64,000 nt of DNA from Welwitschia mirabilis (Eukaryota), in NCBI GenBank assembly GCA_051453625.1, contig JBOZIK010000001.1, forward strand, positions 22,119,455 to 22,183,454, given 5' to 3'. Positions within the stretch are counted from its first letter, which is position 1. Every line of letters starts with the position of its first letter. Of this stretch, positions 25,745-38,900 are shown one piece after another. Under the pieces are notes generated by a model that did no database searches, was not told the DNA's origin, and saw only the letters and a program-made list of their open reading frames with translations. Made by a program: the position numbers and the translations under genes.

Positions 25745-28700
25745 AACTATAGTATGATGAAAGAACCCCCAGTTCATTTCTGAGATGAAGAAAAGTATCA
25801 AAGTTGAGAGGTTTAGTAAAAATATCTACTAATTATTAGTCTGTGGTTTAAAAATTCATAGAGATATGTCCTTTTTCAACTTGGTCTTGAAGGAAATGAT
25901 GTCTAAGCTTAATATGCTTCATTCTTGAGTGCTAAACTGGATTTTTAGATAAAATAGGAACTTGTTCAAAATTAACACCAAAATCTTTTAACATTTCTTT
26001 CATCCATAGAAGGTGAGGGCAACACCTACCTACTATAATATATTTGGATTTTGTAGTAGAGAGAGAAATAGAGTTTTATTTCTTACTTGTCCATTCTACT
26101 AGACATGAACTTAGAAGAAAGTAATTTCCACTTGTTTTTTTCCTATCATCTTTGCATCTAGCCCAATCTGCATCACTAAAACCTGCAAGATCGAAAGATG
26201 TCTTGATAGGATACCATAAGCCATAATCACATGTACCTGTTACATACCTGATTCTTCTTTTTATTATTTAAAAAAGTGATTCTTTTGGATTGGATTGATA
26301 TCTCGCACAAAATCTGATACTAAACATGATATCTAGTCTACTTGCAGTCAAATAAAATAAGCTACCAATCATAATTTTGTAAAATTTTTGATCTACTGAT
26401 TTATCATTTTTGTCCAAGCTTACCTTACATGATGTAGACATAGGAGTATCAATTATTTTTGCATTTTCTAAACCGAATCATTTGATTAAATACCTTGCAT
26501 ATTTAGATTAAGAGATAAATATTCCCTCTTGGAATTACTTAATTTGAAGTCTAAGAAACATTTTAACTTTACTAAGCATACTCATTTCAAATGGATTTGT
26601 CATAATGTTTACAAATTCTTTTGATAACTTCTTATTTGAGGCACAAAAATAATATCATCTATATAAATCTATATAATAATAAAATTATTTTTCAGATTAT
26701 TCACAAATAAAGTTTTATCTAGCATTCCTCAAATATATCCATTTTCATTTAAAAAAGTAGCTAGATTCTCATACCAAGCTCTTGGTACTTGTTTTAATTC
26801 ATATAAAGCTTTCTTAAGTCTATACACATGATTAGGTTTATGAGGATTAATAAGACCTTATGGTTTTTCTACATAAACTTCTTCAATTAATGATCCATTC
26901 GAAAAAGCCCTTTTTACATTCAGTTGATATACTTTGAAGTTTTTAAAGGCTGCAAAGGATAAAAACATTTTAATGCTATCCAATCTTGCAATAGAAGGAA
27001 AAGTATCATCTACATTAAGGCCTTTTATTTGATTGTAGCCTTGAGCTACTCATCCTGTTTTGTTTTTGAAGATATTGTTTTCCTCATCATATTTATTCTT
27101 AAAGATCCATTTTGTTCCAATAATATTTTTATCTTATGGCCTCTTTACCAATTTTCAAAAATTATTTCTTTTGAACTATTGTATCTCATCTTGCATCATC
27201 AACATCCATTCTTCATGAATTTCTGCTTCTTCAAATTTCTTGGATTCTATCTTTGAAACATAACAAACATGAGCATACAAATTTTTTATGGAACCTCTTA
27301 TATTTACTTTTGAGTTAACTTCTATAATAATGGATTCTATTGAATGATCTTTAAGAAGTTTAGGCCTTTTTAGAGTGCCTTCTTTTACTTGAATTTCATT
27401 TGTTTTAGTAGCACCTTTATTTGATGTGAGAATTCTTGTGGTTATAGTCACTTTGTTATCTGTGTAGTTTTTTCTACATGTCAATCTCATTTTTACATGT
27501 TTATTGATTCTTCTATAATCAACCTTCTTTTGTTGAAAACATGAGAGGCTTTACTTTTCATTGAGTATCCTAAGAAGATAGCTTCATTAGCTTTTGATTC
27601 AACCTTACTAAAGTTTTCTCTATCTTTTAGCACATAGCATTTACTTTCAAAGACTTTAAAGTATGACACATTTAGTTGTCTTCCTTTTCATAACTTATAA
27701 GGTATTTTATCAATACCAGGTTTAAGATATATTCTGTTAATAATATAACATGTTGTGCTAGCTACCTTAGCCCAAAAAGATTTAGGGACTTCCTTATCAT
27801 TTAACATAGTTCGAGCCATTTCTTGAAGAACTTGATTCTTTCTTTTAGCTATACCATATTATTGTGATGTTTTTGAAGCTGAAAACTAATGATCAATACC
27901 ATTTTCAATGTAATACTTCTTAAAAAAATGATTTTTAAATTCATCACCATGATCACTTCTTATTTTTTTTATAGTATACCCTTTTTTGTTTTGAATCTTA
28001 TTACAAATTTCAACCCAATTTTTCTAAGCTTTAGACTTATTTGACAAAAGGACTACTTAAGTATATCTTGGAAATTATCAACCATTGTAAGGAAATAACA
28101 TTTTTCACCCAAACTTCAAGTTTGAGTAGGGCCTACTAAATATATATGATTAAGTTCTAATGACATAGATGTGAACTTTTGCATTTTACTTTTATGAAAG
28201 GTTCTAATCTGTTTTCCCTTTTGGAAAGCATCACACAACCCTTGATTTTCTATGTTTATCTTAGGGATTCCTTTTACTATGTGCTTATGAATAATAATTT
28301 TTAATTGATTATAATTAACATGACCTAAATGTTTATGCCACAACTCATCTTGAGGAACATTAGAAAAATAACATGGAGAAATGATTGATCTATGCTATAA
28401 ACATTATTTATTCTACTAGCTCTAAGAATCACATTGTTTGATTTTCCATGTAAAATTTCACATTTTGTTTTATCAAACACTACCTTATGACCTTTATCAT
28501 GTATTTAACTAATACTCAGTAAATTGTTCTTTAAACCACTTACATATAAAACTTCATTAATTCTAGGAAGGTTACTTCCACCAACACTTCTAATTCCTTC
28601 TATTTTTGCTCTTTCATTATTCACGAAAGTTACTTCTCCTCCATCAAAGTAGCTTAGATGTTTGAATCTAGATTTATCTCTTGTCATGTACCTTGAACAT

Positions 28701-29345
28701 CCACTATTAAGATACTAGCTTGTGCCATCTGAAATTTTGAAATATATTTGANNNNNNNNNNNNNNNNNNNNNNNNNNNNNNNNNNNNNNGTCTTTTTAGA
28801 CTTATGTGGTACATCTTCTTTAGGAATAAACTTAAATGAAAAGGAATTAACTGAGTTTGAAAACAACATTAATTTTCTAGAATTGCATATGAGTTTTGAA
28901 TGGTTTATTCTTCCATAAAAATATAGGTGACTTTTAAAAAGAACTTATCATCATTGATTACCTCATTTTGCTGATTTTGAAGTTTTTGAGAGATGAAACC
29001 AATACCTGATTTGCTGCCAATAGGTTTTTGAACTTCAAGCATTTGTTCTAATTTGGTAGATCCACTTGAAAATTTATTAACAAAATAAGATAATTCTTTT
29101 ACCTGCAATATGAGATTGGATTTTTTGGATTTGAATCTTTTAACACTTGATTCCATTTTGTCTTTTTCCTTGGATAGGAATTTTATAACCTTATTTAGGT
29201 CATCTATCCTTCTATCTAGTTTTTTACATGCTTGATATAACTCTTGACAGGTATCTTCCAAATCTTCTGGTTCTTTATTTCTCATGTCATGGGCATCATG
29301 AACTAATATGTCCGTCATACCCTGCAACAGAGGCATAAGTGCCAT
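25745..29345 (-). pseudogene. Copia gag-pol pseudogene
   Basis: Protease LNSGCSRYMTRDKS (~28670-28712); WHKHLGHVN...CDAFQKGKQ (28116-28343); integrase SDHGDEF (~27940-27960); VSKIESKKFEEA..HEEW...MQDE (27176-27490); RNase H end MKHIKLRHHFLQDQVEKG...DIFTKPL (~25800-25925). Confidence 0.9.
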
Positions 29346-29581
29346 AAAAGAGAATCTTCTTTCTTTATTACATTCTTGAACATTTCTTTTGTCTCTTTCA
29401 CTTAACTTCTGTGAGCTTCCACTTGCTACAGTCTATTTGAAAAAATAACCATATGTTATCCAACATATATAGATAAAGACACAAGTATTGAGGGAGGGCA
29501 TACTTAAAGAATCATCAAAAAAGATAACCATTATGAGGTTCTAAATCTAGATCAGCTAAGATCTAAGAAAACGACTTAATT

Positions 29582-29594
29582 GACTCTAATACTA
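29582..29594 (-). promoter_or_regulatory. PBS of the Sirevirus element (tRNA-iMet type, decayed)
   Basis: - strand TAGTATTAGAG vs canonical TGGTATCAGAG, adjacent to the 5' LTR. Confidence 0.7.
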
Positions 29595-29596
29595 AA

Positions 29597-30992
29597 TGAT
29601 AGGATCAAGAATCCTAGAGGGGGTGGTAAATAGGTTTTAAAAAACTCAATAAATAATCTAAAATGAATCAGTCTAATTGCAATTTGCAAGCATTAAATAA
29701 ACTATTTTTAGAAGTGCACAATATGATAAAATACTAAAAGTAAAGAATAAAAAACTGAAAGTACAAACTACCACTTTGATGCAAGTTGGATTTATAGTGG
29801 TTCAGGGAACCCCCTATTCTACTCTTGATGATCAGCTTCTTTCAAGCTAGATCTTAGATCTTTATTACTCCATCAGGTATTTCAGGTTCACCTGTAACCT
29901 TTACAAATGGACTTTTTAGAGCTAAGTCTTAATATTTAGAATGGACTTTTCAAAGCTTAGTCTCAACCTTTAGTAAACAGGGTAGTGATGAAGTAATGCC
30001 TCAAAATTATAGATATCACTCATTCTGAAATTAGTATAATAGATAGAGATCTTCTCCTGTAGAAATACAACAAATGAATCTCTAGATCTGACTTTGAATA
30101 AAGTAAGTATGCTAATGGTAGATCTCCTTCAGTCAGAAATGTGGATGCCAAGATACAACAATGATAGTAACACAAATACACAACTTGATCTTTTTAATCC
30201 AATAGATTTATCCAAATAAAAGTGGTTCCAAAAAGATCGATTGGTAATCTATGGCTTAGCTATTTATAATAGGAGTCTATTAGGGTTTAGTACATTTGAA
30301 TTGTGCCTCCAATGACTATAAACGGCTAGAAAATGATTATCTAATGGCTAGATAATAGATACATAATGTTTATAAAAAATTTTTTCTAGTCTGATCGGTT
30401 AACTCTATGTGGTATCATGAGTTACACAGGTCACTTGAGAGAGAGTTTCAGTCACCCTAGATTTTTTTTATGTTTTCCTGTCCAGTTAACCCCATCTAGG
30501 TCTGGTCGACCCCAGTTCAATCGATCCCATCCTGGTTCTGGTTAACCCCATAACAATCTGTTCAAGTATACTAGCTGCTTAGTACACAGATCCAGTTGAT
30601 TCCATCATAGGTCTGGCTGACCCCTTATTTCTCAGTCTGGGAATATTATATGTTAGGTTCTCAAATTTGGTTAACCTCATGAAAGTCTAGTCGACCCCTT
30701 GCCATTTAGTTTAAGAACACTAGTTCTTCAACTTACAGACCTGGTCGACCCCATCAAAATCCAGTCAACCCCTCTGGATGCAGTCCATTTTTCATTATCT
30801 GCTTTAGATGTAGTTGATCCCTTAGGGATCTGATCAACCCCTTTGGAGGGTCAATGAATAAACAAGTTTTTGGTGCATATTTTAGTTCCGTCTTTCAACC
30901 TGTAAAAACCTTAAACTCTTCTGCACAAAATGCACAAAAATTGCTATACAAAAACATTAGTTTGACATCAATTAGTGAAAAATAATCTAATA
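29597..30992 (-). repeat. 5' LTR of the Sirevirus element
   Basis: Direct repeat of 22909-24338. Confidence 0.92.
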
Positions 30993-31980
30993 ATAACTAC
31001 TTGAACCCATAACTAGAAATTAATAAATCCCCAAGATAATGTCAAAATGTAGCTTTTGAAGTGTCTTACTCTAAAGGACTAGTGGAATTAATTATTTGGA
31101 TGGTGATGTAACACTTACTACTACAATGTTTTTAACTTTTGATAAGTCATCTAGAATGTAGTAAATTACCTAAAATTATCATAGAAAAATGTAAAAGTTA
31201 AATCATATTTAAAATGATATAAATTGTAATTTGATGATAAAATAGTTAATTTAATATCTTCTCCTAAGCTAAATTAATCTAGTATACTTTATTTAAATGC
31301 CAATTTTTACACGTTATCATATTCCCTAAGGATGGGTTTGTTATAGTGGGCTTTTATTCTTCATTTTTAGATTTTTTTTTTTTGATTTGCATATGATTCA
31401 TTCCTAAGCTTTTTAAGTTCATGAAGATCTAACTTTATAAATTCTAAGGATCCATTAAGTTTTTAGTGTAATTATTTTATGTCTTAGAAAGCCTTGCATT
31501 CAATTTCAAAGCAGAGATAATAAGGTTTTTAAATATAAATCAACAGAGTAATGTTATTATGAAACTCTTATAGACCATTTAATAGGTATAAAGAGCATTA
31601 TTAAGAAGGAGAAACTAGTTTTTTAATTAGAATTCATTATTTTTTACAAAATATTTTTTAACTCTTAGTTGGTAACTTCTACTTAATCATTGGTTTATGG
31701 CTGATATGGTGTTGTATCTATATGAGTTATTCCAAAATTTCTTATTAAATTGGTTAGTATTTGATCATCTCTCAGGTGTGCATTAGAGATATTTCTTCAC
31801 TTATTAATTAAACTTATAATCTTAGCAAATGACATGCTAGTATAGAGTGTAACCCAAATATTGTAAACTGTGAAGCAAAAATAAATGAATATTGGAAAAA
31901 TAAGTCACTTAAAAAAGGAAACATCAATATTTTTGGTATTTTTAATAACTAATAAATAAATAAATAATGCAAATGATGAG

Positions 31981-33231
31981 TGTTGTAGTATGAATTTATA
32001 CAATCCTAAAGTCCTTTAGGTAAACTTTTGAATTAAATAACTTACAGAAAAACACATGCTAGTATAGATGAGAGTTCATCTAATGTCATAATCCCAATAA
32101 AGGCACTACGCTAAGAGTTAGAGAATTGATTTCCAAGACATTTTAGGTCTTTTTATCTTATAAAAGCTAAAAGTAAATAATAAAGGAAATGCAATGAAAA
32201 GTGAATGGAGATAAAATGCAAATGGAAGTAAAATGAATTTTATTGATTCTTAATCCTTTTATTATAAGAACTAGCTTCTCTATAATTTAAATTAATTAAG
32301 AAGAGTACTAAAATTATTCTTAATCAACATAAACTATGAGATATAGCAAGTAGGATATGGAATGTAATGTGGAATGGAAATGGAATAACAACGCAAATCT
32401 TACTAACCAAAGTCAATCTTGACAAAGGTTACCATTATGATCTAAATAAATCACAGAATTATCACTTAAACTATAACCAACTTAAATCATAATGGACATA
32501 GATAGAGTTGAAATTTGAAAAGAGTATTTGTATTGATTTCAAAAAACTTTACATCCACTCATAATAAAATAGTAATAGCTCAATGGAAAAGACTCAGCCT
32601 GACATCAAGGAAACTCCTTACTGTAGCTACTAGATGGACCTCTTATCCTTTAAACTTCTATCACAAGCATATCAGGTATAAAAGATGAAAACCGAAATGA
32701 AGGATGGGAAGGGTATTTATAGTTTTACATTGCAGTTTTAGAAACTCAACCTTAAAAGTTGGAAAAGAAACCCTAATAGCCCAAATGATTTGCTTTTAAC
32801 TCCATTACAAAGATAATTCTTTTTGATCATAGAAAAACAGCTATCGTCCTGACCATCACGAGGACAACAAAGGGGATATCACCTTATGTCAAAAGGTACT
32901 TCATCAACTTTATGCCCTATTGTTAACCCTATAGATTCTATCCATGCTAGCAGTTTTATCATATTGCCTGTTGTGGGGACGATAGAGGGGACGATAGGCT
33001 TACTTAGCTTTAATATTAAATATAAATTGGTCTTTTGCATGATGAATCCTTTTCCAAGTATGTAGTATTATAATAAGCTTGAAAAACCTATAAATATGCT
33101 AAAATTTACATGTTTCATTAATCATTCTATTAGATCTCCATAATCATTAGTATTGCATCTAAACTTGTGTAAATATCTTACAAAAGCACTCAAAATACAC
33201 CATCAAATTCCTATAAATTGACATCGCAACA
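31981..33231 (-). repeat. 3' LTR of element C
   Basis: TGTTGTAGTATGAATTTAT ... GACATCGCAACA; colinear with 42972-44397. Confidence 0.92.
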
Positions 33232-35984
33232 TAGCCATCTACTTAGCCTTGTCAATCCTTGACAAAGTGAGCGACCAACTATATTGAGAGCCAATTTAAC
33301 TAAGATAAAATAGTACTAAAAAATGTTAATTGAGTTCAACTAAATCATGTAAGAATAGATATCACAAATAGATTAACTAATACAAATGCTAAAAATATCC
33401 TTAATCCCCTTACTTAAGCATGTCACGATAGAATAAATGAATGTCATACACATATAGAAATCATAAAAATGTAACATTGATAGCCCATGCACTGATAATA
33501 TGTATGCATATTATAGAAATAGTAATTATGGACTAATGTGACAGACTTAAGTAGTGATAATCTTGAAAGAGTGATACATTTAAATTCATTAGTCTAATCC
33601 ATAAAAGAAAAGGACAAGAGTAGATATAGCATTCTTTTTAGATGATCTAAAACATAGCTACAAGAAAACTTTAAGAGGGTGCTACTGTAATCCTATAAGA
33701 TAAAGTCTAAACTTTATTCAATTAACATGAAAAGTAATCAAAACAACCCATCATATATATGTAATATAAAAGCTCAAAACATGATCCTTTTTTATTTTCA
33801 AACATTTATGCTCAAAATAATAGAATAAAGCCCAGAAAGGTGTCCTACCCCTCCTCCCTCCCTCATAGGAGAAGAAAGATGTCCCAAATAATACCATAGA
33901 TAAAGGATGAGTGTCATCCCATTTATCATGGGAATGATAGACATGGAACAACAATGATCAAATAGGGTATTTAGACAAAAAAAGATAAGTTAGAANNNNN
34001 NNNNNNNNNNNNNNNNNNNNNNNNNNNNNNNNNNNNNNNNNNNNNNNNNNNNNNNNNNNNNNNNNNNNNNNNNNNNNNNNNNNNNNNNNNNNNNNNNNNN
34101 NNNNNNNNNNNNNNNNNNNNNNNNNNNNNNNNNNNNNNNNNNNNNNNNNNNNNNNNNNNNNNNNNNNNNNNNNNNNNNNNNNNNNNNNNNNNNNNNNNNN
34201 NNNNNNNNNNNNNNNNNNNNNNNNNNNNNNNNNNNNNNNNNNNNNNNNNNNNNNNNNNNNNNNNNNNNNNNNNNNNNNNNNNNNNNNNNNNNNNNNNNNN
34301 NNNNNNNNNNNNNNNNNNNNNNNNNNNNNNNNNNNNNNNNNNNNNNNNNNNNNNNNNNNNNNNNNNNNNNNNNNNNNNNNNNNNNNNNNNNNNNNNNNNN
34401 NNNNNNNNNNNNNNNNNNNNNNNNNNNNNNNNNNNNNNNNNNNNNNNNNNNNNNNNNNNNNNNNNNNNNNNNNNNNNNNNNNNNNNNNNNNNNNNNNNNN
34501 NNNNNNNNNNNNNNNNNNNNNNNNNNNNNNNNNNNNNNNNNNNNNNNNNNNNNNNNNNNNNNNNNNNNNNNNNNNNNNNNNNNNNNNNNNNNNNNNNNNN
34601 NNNNNNNNNNNNNNNNNNNNNNNNNNNNNNNNNNNNNNNNNNNNNNNNNNNNNNNNNNNNNNNNNNNNNNNNNNNNNNNNNNNNNNNNNNNNNNNNNNNN
34701 NNNNNNNNNNNNNNNNNNNNNNNNNNNNNNNNNNNNNNNNNNNNNNNTTCATGGAAGAAAATGTAAAAAGAGAGGAAAATTCACTAAGTAGAAAGAAACA
34801 ATGCTTATAGACTCCACAAATGTGGCCGAACGCATGGGAAAAGAAAAAATGGAACTCATTAGATCATGGGGACCTATCAAAAATTAATCCCTTATATAAA
34901 CTAGGAAAACACATCAACAAGAAACTAAAAAAGGATTAGATCCCTAATATTACACTGAAAAAAATATAGAAAATGACTTTAAAAAATCCAATAAAACAGC
35001 TAAAGGAAAACAAAATGACAATGAATAACTATAAACATAAATAAGATTGCATTCTTATCCTAAATTCTAACCTAACAAATTTTCTAGACAATAGTCATAA
35101 AATTACTTAATAAAAGATGCATGACAGTATGTAGAAACTATAAAGTACCACTCAATGAGGCAATGATTATAATGATGTCAAGTATGTCTAATGTTATTAA
35201 ACAATAAATGATAAGATAAAAAGCTATACTATATTAAAAAAAACACTACAATTTAAAAAGTAGAGTAATCATGTAAAAGTATTCTAAATAAATAAATAAA
35301 AAAGTCTAGAAAGCAAGTAATGCCTTTGATGACATCAAGGACATCACTGATCTCATAACCTCGAAGTGCAATGTATTCTACCATGATGATAGGAGTGAAA
35401 CTACTATTAGAGGAGTAAGGACTTGCATAGCAAGGGCAACTAAAACCTTAGTAAAGTTTCCACAGCTACCATATCGCACTGCCAAAGACCCCTCTCAAGA
35501 ATATTTACTTGAGTGTGCTTGTAGTAGAACATCACGCGACCATGTTTTTTTGAGATATAACATAAAAGATAATGGTATTTATGTCTTTTCTTAACTTTTA
35601 TTTCTCTTTTCTTCCCCACTCCCCCCCACTTCCGTCCCCCTTTTTTTTTTCTTTTTTTATTCTGTTTCTTTTTGGATAACATTCCACATAACTAAATACT
35701 TGTAAGGATAAAAGTTAAATAATGAGATGAGTAATAAAGTAAGAACATGCAAAAATAACTAGTTACTCATACCATTGAAATAAAACAAAAGAATCAAGGC
35801 ATATTTCTTCAAAAAGTTCATATACATACAAATGTCTAAAGATTGGATGAAATCAATCTTACCATCTAAATGCTTAAGTAAAATATTATTAATCATGGAA
35901 ACTTCATAAGTAAATACATATGTTAAATTAAAAATATTTAAGTGATAACATGATGTTTACCTAAGGAATGAGTTAAGAAGGAAT

Positions 35985-38900
35985 TTAGACAATGTCAAAA
36001 AAAAGGTCCTCCTTAGTAAGAGGGGCTTCCCAAACAACTGCTTCTATCATGTTCAAGGTTTCATCAGAAGATGACTCATAAATTTTTAACCTTTGTCCAT
36101 TAATTTTTAAATTTTTCTAGTGTTTGTATTAGAGATTTTAATTAAGCCATTTGAATATACTTTATATATAACATAATGATCTAACCATTTAGAAGTTAGC
36201 TTCTTGTATAAAAGGTGTACTCAAGTGTTATATAGAAGGATAAGTTAACCAGGTTCAAACTACTTATGAATAATCTTTTTATTATGCCTGAACTTAGCTT
36301 GAGCTTTATCAATAAGTTGATGATGTAAAGGATGAGTAAGTTTTTCATCTAAATGATGAATTTAAGCTAATTAAGTTTTAAGGTTATCATTTAAGTTTAC
36401 AAGATTAAGTTAATGTGTGGATTAATAAGAATTATAGCAAACATCAATTGGTAAAACAAAAAATTTTTTGTTCACAATTTTATATGGTGAGAAACCTAGA
36501 GAGTTACACCAAGTAGTATGGTAAGCTTAAAGAACATCATTAAGTTTAGATAACTAAGTTTTCTTATTCATAGAGACTAATTTTTAGAGCATTATTTTAA
36601 GTTTTCTATTTGTGTTTTTAGCTTGGTCATTANNNNNNNNNNNNNNNNNNNNNNNNNNNNNNNNNNNNNNNNNNNNNNNNNNNNNNNNNNNNNNNNNNNN
36701 NNNNNNNNNNNNNNNNNNNNNNNNNNNNNNNNNNNNNNNNNNNNNNNNNNNNNNNNNNNNNNNNNNNNNNNNNNNNNNNNNNNNNNNNNNNNNNNNNNNN
36801 NNNNNNNNNNNNNNNNNNNNNNNNNNNNNNNNNNNNNNNNNNNNNNNNNNNNNNNNNNNNNNNNNNNNNNNNNNNNNNNNNNNNNNNNNNNNNNNNNNNN
36901 NNNNNNNNNNNNNNNNNNNNNNNNNNNNNNNNNNNNNNNNNNNNNNNNNNNNNNNNNNNNNNNNNNNNNNNNNNNNNNNNNNNNNNNNNNNNNNNNNNNN
37001 NNNNNNNNNNNNNNNNNNNNNNNNNNNNNNNNNNNNNNNNNNNNNNNNNNNNNNNNNNNNNNNNNNNNNNNNNNNNNNNNNNNNNNNNNNNNNNNNNNNN
37101 NNNNNNNNNNNNNNNNNNNNNNNNNNNNNNNNNNNNNNNNNNNNNNNNNNNNNNNNNNNNNNNNNNNNNNNNNNNNNNNNNNNNNNNNNNNNNNNNNNNN
37201 NNNNNNNNNNNNNNNNNNNNNNNNNNNNNNNNNNNNTAAAACAAAAAATTTTTTGTTCACAATTTCATATGGTGAGAAACCTAGAGAGTTACACCAAGTA
37301 GTATGGTAAGCTTAAAGAACATCATTAAGTTTACAGGACCATGTTTTTCTATTGATAAAGACTAATTTTTGAAGCATCTTTTTGATTTCTCTATTTACAC
37401 TTTTAGCTTATCCATTAGTTTGAAGATGATAGGCATAAGCAATTCTATATTCAACACTAATGAATAAAAGAAGTTTTTGAAAAAGGTGGTTAATAAAATA
37501 AGTTTCCTGATCACTAATGATAATTCATTGAAAACCAAAACATTGAAAAATATGAGTTCTAACAAAGTTACAAATAGTTTAATCATCATTTTTGGTAGTA
37601 GAAATAGCCTCCACCCACTTAGTAATATAATCAACAATGACAAGGATATAATTTTATCATGAGAAGGTGGTGTAATAGGGCTTACAATATCAATTACCCA
37701 ATAAGCAAAAGGTTCACATTCAAGTATAGGTTTAAGGAGCATATGATGAGAACGAGTTAGGCTACCATAACATTGACATGTGTCACACCTTCTAGCAAAG
37801 TCATATGAATACTTAAAAATGGTAGGCCAAAAAAACCTAGAGTAAAGAATTTTCATAGCAATATTTAGCCACTAAAGTATCCCTCACATAACCCATGATG
37901 GCAAAGTTTTAGGATTTCTAGGTTTTCCCACTCAAATGCATACTTACACATGATTTGATCTTTGCAACGTCTATAGAGATGGGGTTTATTCCACTCATAG
38001 TTACTAATTCTATGGAGACAAGTTTTACATTGGTTATGATTCCAATGCTAAAGAGTCTTTGCAGTTATAAGGTAGTTCACAATATCAGCATACCAAGGAG
38101 TGGGATGAGTGAAAGAGATAGCATAAATTTATCTAATAGCAAAGAGTTATTCATCAGGAAAAGAGTCATTAATGGGAACTTCATTATGAGAGCAAGAAAG
38201 TTGAGATAGATGATCAGTAATACTGTTATGTTTTCTAGCCTTATTAATGATGGTAAGATTAAATTCTTACATGAGAATGATTCACCTAATAAGTCTAGCA
38301 TAGAGTCTTTTTTAGTCATAAGATAGCAAATGGCTACATGATCTATATAAACATTAATGTAAAAACCACGAAGATAATGTCAAAGATGATCTAAGAAAAA
38401 GATAATGATAAGCATTTCCTTCTTGATGGTAGTGTAGTTAAATTGGGCTTGGTACAAATTTTTACTAAGATAAGATATGACTTTGAAACCATTTTCATAC
38501 TTTTAACCAAGAACTTCCCTTATAGTAATGTTACTTGCATCACACATAAGTTCAAAATCTTTACTCCAATTAGTACCTGTAATAATAGGTTTAGAAGAAA
38601 TTTTTTCTTTGAGAGTTTCAAATGCAAGTTGGCATGAATCATTTTAATAAAATTTAATATTTTTCAAATAAGGAGTAAAGAGGTTTACAAATTTTGGCAT
38701 AATCATGAATTAAATATTGATACAAACTAGCATAATCAAGGAAAGATCTAACTTGTTTGACATTAGTTGGAGGGCTAATATTTTTAATGATATCAACTTT
38801 TATGGGGTTCATCCTAATCCCNNNNNNNNNNNNNNNNNNNNNNNNNNNNNNNNNNNNNNNNNNNNNNNNNNNNNNNNNNNNNNNNNNNNNNNNNNNNNNN

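Larger units (their letters stand above)
22909..30992 (-). mobile_element. Ty1/copia LTR retrotransposon, Sirevirus (SIRE/Maximus)-type, degenerate, with both LTRs and TSD
   Basis: Paired ~1.4-kb LTRs; perfect 5-bp TSD ATAAC (22904-22908, 30993-30997); Met-type PBS; PR-INT-RT-RH order; multiple PPTs; arrays of GTCGAC-core motifs in the LTRs. Confidence 0.92.
22251..31319 (-). repeat. LTR F (22251-22908 plus 30993-31319), related to the D LTR and split by the Sirevirus insertion
   Basis: 22380-22430 resembles 21213-21260 of the D LTR; ends TTTTACACGTTATCA at 31319; the halves rejoin across the ATAAC TSD. Confidence 0.5.

Noticed and set aside
31320..31761. Unassigned spacer with faint LINE-RT-like words
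   Set aside because: Too short and decayed to support a call.
35440..35682. Shared peptide ERxLWQCxM in small ORFs (also 3776-3950)
   Set aside because: The frame is not kept in the B or E copies; explained by nucleotide conservation of the non-coding block.
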